This document shows, one piece after another, positions 61,269 to 64,000 of a stretch of DNA of 64,000 nucleotides (position 1 is its first letter; each line of letters opens with the position of its first letter). The notes under the pieces were generated by a model. The model was not told the origin of the DNA and searched no databases. It worked only from the letters and a program-made list of their open reading frames with translations. Source of the stretch: an uncultured Prolixibacteraceae bacterium (lineage in GTDB: Bacteria; Bacteroidota; Bacteroidia; Bacteroidales; Prolixibacteraceae); contig CAWFMB010000035.1 in assembly GCA_963816685.1 (NCBI GenBank), forward strand, positions 2,490 through 66,489. The letters run 5' to 3'. A program made the translations under genes and the position numbers.

Positions 61269-61306
61269 GCTCTCCCCATCAAGAGGGGGAGCCGGAGGGG
61301 GTAAAA
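61269..61306. repeat. Solo GC-rich hairpin related to the 5' arm of the 177-bp unit
   Basis: GCTCTCCCCATCAAGAGGGGGAGCCGGAGGGGGTAAAAA compared with the unit's CTCCCCCTTGGGGGCTTGGGGGTAAAAA. Confidence 0.5.
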
Positions 61307-61322
61307 ATTCAAAATAAAATCA

Positions 61323-62186
61323 ATGGAAAAAAACAATAATCTTAATAATTGCACATTCCCTTCTTCTCCCGTTTCCCGGAAGTCTGGGGAAAGCTTACCT
61401 CTTATTAATACTGCAATTCAAGCCGCCATCAAAGCCGGAAAAGAAATTTTATCCATCTACAATGATCCGCAGTCCGATTTTTCCATCGAGCGAAAAGCAG
61501 ACAATTCACCGCTGACAATTGCCGATAAAGCCAGTCACCGGATAATCAATGAATTGTTGATGGCAACAAGCCTTCCGGTTCTAAGTGAAGAAGGAAAGGA
61601 AATCCCCTATGCCGAACGTAAAAAATGGGAATCCTTTTGGCTGGTCGATCCACTGGATGGCACAAAGGAATTTATTAAACGAAATGACGAATTTACAGTT
61701 AACATTGCCTTGATAACCAACGGGAAACCGGAGATGGGTGTAATTTACGTACCGGTTACCGGCGCATTGTATGTTGGAATCACCGGAACCGGAGCCTGGA
61801 AGCTTGAAAATGCAACTGACAATTCAGTTTTTGACACCCTGCAGCAATCAGGTGAAAAATTAACAGGAAACGTCCCGCATGATAAATATACAGTAATCGG
61901 AAGCCGGTCGCACAGGAATGAAGAAACAAACCAATACATCGACAAGCTTCGGGAAAAACATCCGCAACTTGAAATCATTTCAAGGGGAAGTTCACTTAAA
62001 ATCTGCCAGGTTGCGGAAGGTCTTGCCGACGAATACCCCCGCTTTGGTCCCACCATGGAATGGGATACAGCCGCCGGCCATGCCATCGCCAACGCCGCAG
62101 GAAAACACCTTTGGTTAACAGATTATTCACAGGAATTAAATTATAATAAAGAAAACCTGCTCAATCCATTCTTCATCGTGAAGTAA
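61323..62186 (+). CDS. cysQ: 3'(2'),5'-bisphosphate nucleotidase
   Basis: 287 aa. Inositol monophosphatase fold motifs LSEE, WLVDPLDGTKEF and WDTAAGHAI. Confidence 0.85.
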   Translation: MEKNNNLNNCTFPSSPVSRKSGESLPLINTAIQAAIKAGKEILSIYNDPQSDFSIERKADNSPLTIADKASHRIINELLMATSLPVLSEEGKEIPYAERKKWESFWLVDPLDGTKEFIKRNDEFTVNIALITNGKPEMGVIYVPVTGALYVGITGTGAWKLENATDNSVFDTLQQSGEKLTGNVPHDKYTVIGSRSHRNEETNQYIDKLREKHPQLEIISRGSSLKICQVAEGLADEYPRFGPTMEWDTAAGHAIANAAGKHLWLTDYSQELNYNKENLLNPFFIVK

Positions 62187-62242
62187 AATCATCAACTTAG
62201 CAGATATTGAACCCGAAACTTCGAACTCGAAACCCGGTACTC

Positions 62243-62277
62243 TTTAAACCTTAAACTTTAAACTTTAAACTCTTAAC
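62243..62277. repeat. Heptanucleotide microsatellite (TTTAAAC-like x5)
   Basis: TTTAAAC CTTAAAC TTTAAAC TTTAAAC TCTTAAC, ending 1 nt before the cysC ATG. Confidence 0.8.
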
Positions 62278-62278
62278 T

Positions 62279-62884
62279 ATGAACATCTACCCCACCTTCG
62301 ACAAAATAAAAGATCGCCAGGCAAAGGAAATCTACCTGAAGCAACGGGCAAAAGTCATCTGGTTCACTGGATTAAGTGGTTCCGGAAAAACCACCCTGGC
62401 CAGCCTGCTGGAAAAACGGTTGTTCGAACTCAACTATTTCTGCCAGATACTCGATGGCGACAATGTTCGCTCAGGAATTAACAAAAACCTGAAATTTACA
62501 GAAGAGGACCGCATGGAAAACATCCGGCGCATTGCCGAAGTCTCGAAGCTTTTTATGAACTGCGGCATCATTCTCATCTGTGCATTTATCAGCCCCACCC
62601 GTAAAATGCGAAGGATGGCCCGCGAAATCATTGGGGAAAAAGATTTCCTGGAGATTTACGTAAATACACCGCTGGAAGTCTGCGAACAACGCGATCCAAA
62701 AGGACTATATAAAAAAGCACGGACAGGAGAATTAAAACATTTTACCGGAATCTCCTCCCCTTTTGAAGCGCCGGAACATCCTTTTGTGGAAATAGACAAC
62801 ACAAAACCCGATCTTGATAATACAGTTACCGGCTTACTACGAAAAATCATTCCTGAAATAAAGTTTGAACCAGCTATAAATTAA
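62279..62884 (+). CDS. cysC: Adenylyl-sulfate (APS) kinase
   Basis: 201 aa. P-loop GLSGSGKTT, LDGDNVR, and FISP motifs. Confidence 0.95.
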   Translation: MNIYPTFDKIKDRQAKEIYLKQRAKVIWFTGLSGSGKTTLASLLEKRLFELNYFCQILDGDNVRSGINKNLKFTEEDRMENIRRIAEVSKLFMNCGIILICAFISPTRKMRRMAREIIGEKDFLEIYVNTPLEVCEQRDPKGLYKKARTGELKHFTGISSPFEAPEHPFVEIDNTKPDLDNTVTGLLRKIIPEIKFEPAIN

Positions 62885-62997
62885 ACCTGTTAAACTTTAA
62901 AATAATAGAAGTTAGAACCTGAAATATGCTACAGCAAACAGTATCTGCCTTTTTGATTATACCAGCCATTTTAATACAATTGATAAAAAGTTAGGCA

Positions 62998-63222
62998 ATG
63001 GAAATAACAATAAAAATAAATACAGATTCAATTCCTCCCGATTTTGTTGAAGGAATAAAAAAACTATTCCCACACAAAGTAGTTGAAATTAGCATACAAA
63101 CCGCTGATGCAACAGATTGTATTCTAAGTAATCCGGAATACGCCCGGGTTTTAAAGGAGAGAATAGAAAAATATGAAGCTAAAAAGCAAGTGATTTCATT
63201 GAAAGCCGATGAATTAATATGA
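62998..63222 (+). CDS. YefM-like antitoxin (C-terminal toxin-binding motif)
   Basis: 74 aa. ATDCILSNPEYARVLKERIEK parallels E. coli YefM [20 protein letters not shown]. The stop overlaps the next ATG (ATGA). Confidence 0.55.
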   Translation: MEITIKINTDSIPPDFVEGIKKLFPHKVVEISIQTADATDCILSNPEYARVLKERIEKYEAKKQVISLKADELI

Positions 63223-63311
63223 AAAGTATTGAATTTGTCCCCGATGCTTTTAATGAATACCGGCAATGGATTGAAACCGATATACTACAAACCGAATATC
63301 AATTGATATAA
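63219..63311 (+). pseudogene. Truncated YoeB/Txe toxin gene (N-terminal about 21 codons retained)
   Basis: MKSIEFVPDAFNEYRQWIETD matches the YoeB start (..W.E.SWDDYLYWQETD..). It then diverges and stops after 30 codons. Confidence 0.5.
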
Positions 63312-63358
63312 ATCTTATATCGAAATAAAATAATAATTTATTGCAATTTCTTATCCCT

Positions 63359-63481
63359 CCCCTTGCTTGTCCGGCGTTTATTGAAGTGGATAATACGAAC
63401 CCGGATCTAGAAAAAACAATAAGAGAAATGTTAATGCGAATTATCCCTGAGATTAAGTTTGATCCTACCCATATACTTTAA
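63359..63481 (+). pseudogene. Relic 3' end of a second, diverged cysC
   Basis: Translation ..PAFIEVDNTNPDLEKTIREMLMRIIPEIKFDPTHIL* aligns with the intact CysC C-terminus ..HPFVEIDNTKPDLDNTVTGLLRKIIPEIKFEPAIN*. No upstream coding part remains. Confidence 0.6.
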
Positions 63482-63530
63482 TTTCCTTATTAACTGTAAA
63501 TAACCAGACCCAATATAAAATTACTAAATA

Positions 63531-64000
63531 GTGGTCCGAAAACTTATTAAATACGGTCGTTCCCGATTTGCATTTTTGGATGAGCATACGCTGGAGGTGA
63601 TAAAAAAATCCTCGGCTTCCACTATTGTAAAAGTTATAGGAATGTTTGTTGGTTTGGGAGTTAGTGTTTTTTTGGGCAGAACAATTGGTGCAGATGGATT
63701 AGGTATAATTAATTTATCACATCGAATAGTAAACTTGTTAATTGTTATTGGTTTATTTGGTATGCAACAAGTTATTATAAAAGAAGTTGCAATTGCTAGA
63801 GATAAAAAAGAATATAAACATATAGGAAATGTAATGTACTCAGCATATTTAATAAATGGAGGAATTACTTTATTCCTATCTGTTATTTTTATTTTACTTA
63901 CTCCATTTATTGCTAACAATATATTTAATGAAGAAAATTTAATAATACCTTTAATTATTGGTCTATTGGTAATGACCCCCATGGTATTTTCTCGTATATT
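63531..64000 (+). CDS. Wzx-like oligosaccharide flippase (MOP superfamily), N-terminal part; runs off the window end
   Basis: Absent from the track (no stop in the window). The frame is open from 63528 and reads ..LEVIKKSSASTIVKVIGMFVGLGVSVFLGRTIGADGLGIINLSHRIVNLLIVIGLFGMQQVIIKEVA.., typical of polysaccharide-biosynthesis flippases. The start is uncertain (GTG 63531 or TTG 63576). Confidence 0.6.
   Translation, partial: MVRKLIKYGRSRFAFLDEHTLEVIKKSSASTIVKVIGMFVGLGVSVFLGRTIGADGLGIINLSHRIVNLLIVIGLFGMQQVIIKEVAIARDKKEYKHIGNVMYSAYLINGGITLFLSVIFILLTPFIANNIFNEENLIIPLIIGLLVMTPMVFSRI

Noticed and set aside
63524-63982. 152-aa minus-strand ORF
   Set aside because: It is antisense to a much better supported Wzx-like flippase frame on the + strand, and its composition is low-complexity Ile/Lys/Asn-rich.
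1-64000. tRNA, rRNA, tmRNA, RNase P or riboswitch genes
   Set aside because: I scanned the intergenic regions by eye for T-loop (GTTCGAATC-like) motifs and other conserved cores and found nothing convincing. This is a weak negative without a covariance-model search.

Overview
Bacteroidota-type chromosomal segment. Supporting signs are a SusC/SusD pair, a T9SS C-terminal sorting domain, a UpxY-led polysaccharide locus, TTTG/TAnnTTTG-type promoters, and an AT-rich background with GC-rich hairpins. I support about 50 protein genes:
- a partial GT4 glycosyltransferase, a decayed MATE pump and a PAS histidine kinase;
- Tat-signal enzymes (ManD/RspA-like enolase, aldo-keto reductase, DegT aminotransferase) next to a GntP permease;
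- a tetrahaem cytochrome c / FeS / NrfD membrane redox module;
- transporters and housekeeping enzymes;
- a 1422-aa repeat-rich T9SS surface protein;
- SusC/SusD plus a GH42;
- an ilvDBNC operon with a leader-peptide attenuator;
- from 48.6 kb, a capsule/EPS locus (UpxY, wHTH, Wza-like, Wzz, sugar dehydrogenase ... Wzx).

The stand-out feature is a 3.2-kb head-to-tail array (55071-58228) of ~177-bp hairpin-rich units. Two units carry near-identical DUF559 endonuclease-like genes. The array sits inside the polysaccharide locus. It is followed by a sulfate-activation block (SLC13, CysQ, CysC), an AbiEii-type toxin pair, a YefM-like antitoxin with a truncated YoeB, and a relic cysC 3' end.

I recognised no rRNA, tRNA or CRISPR array. 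All homology calls come from motif recognition by eye; no searches or folding programs were run.
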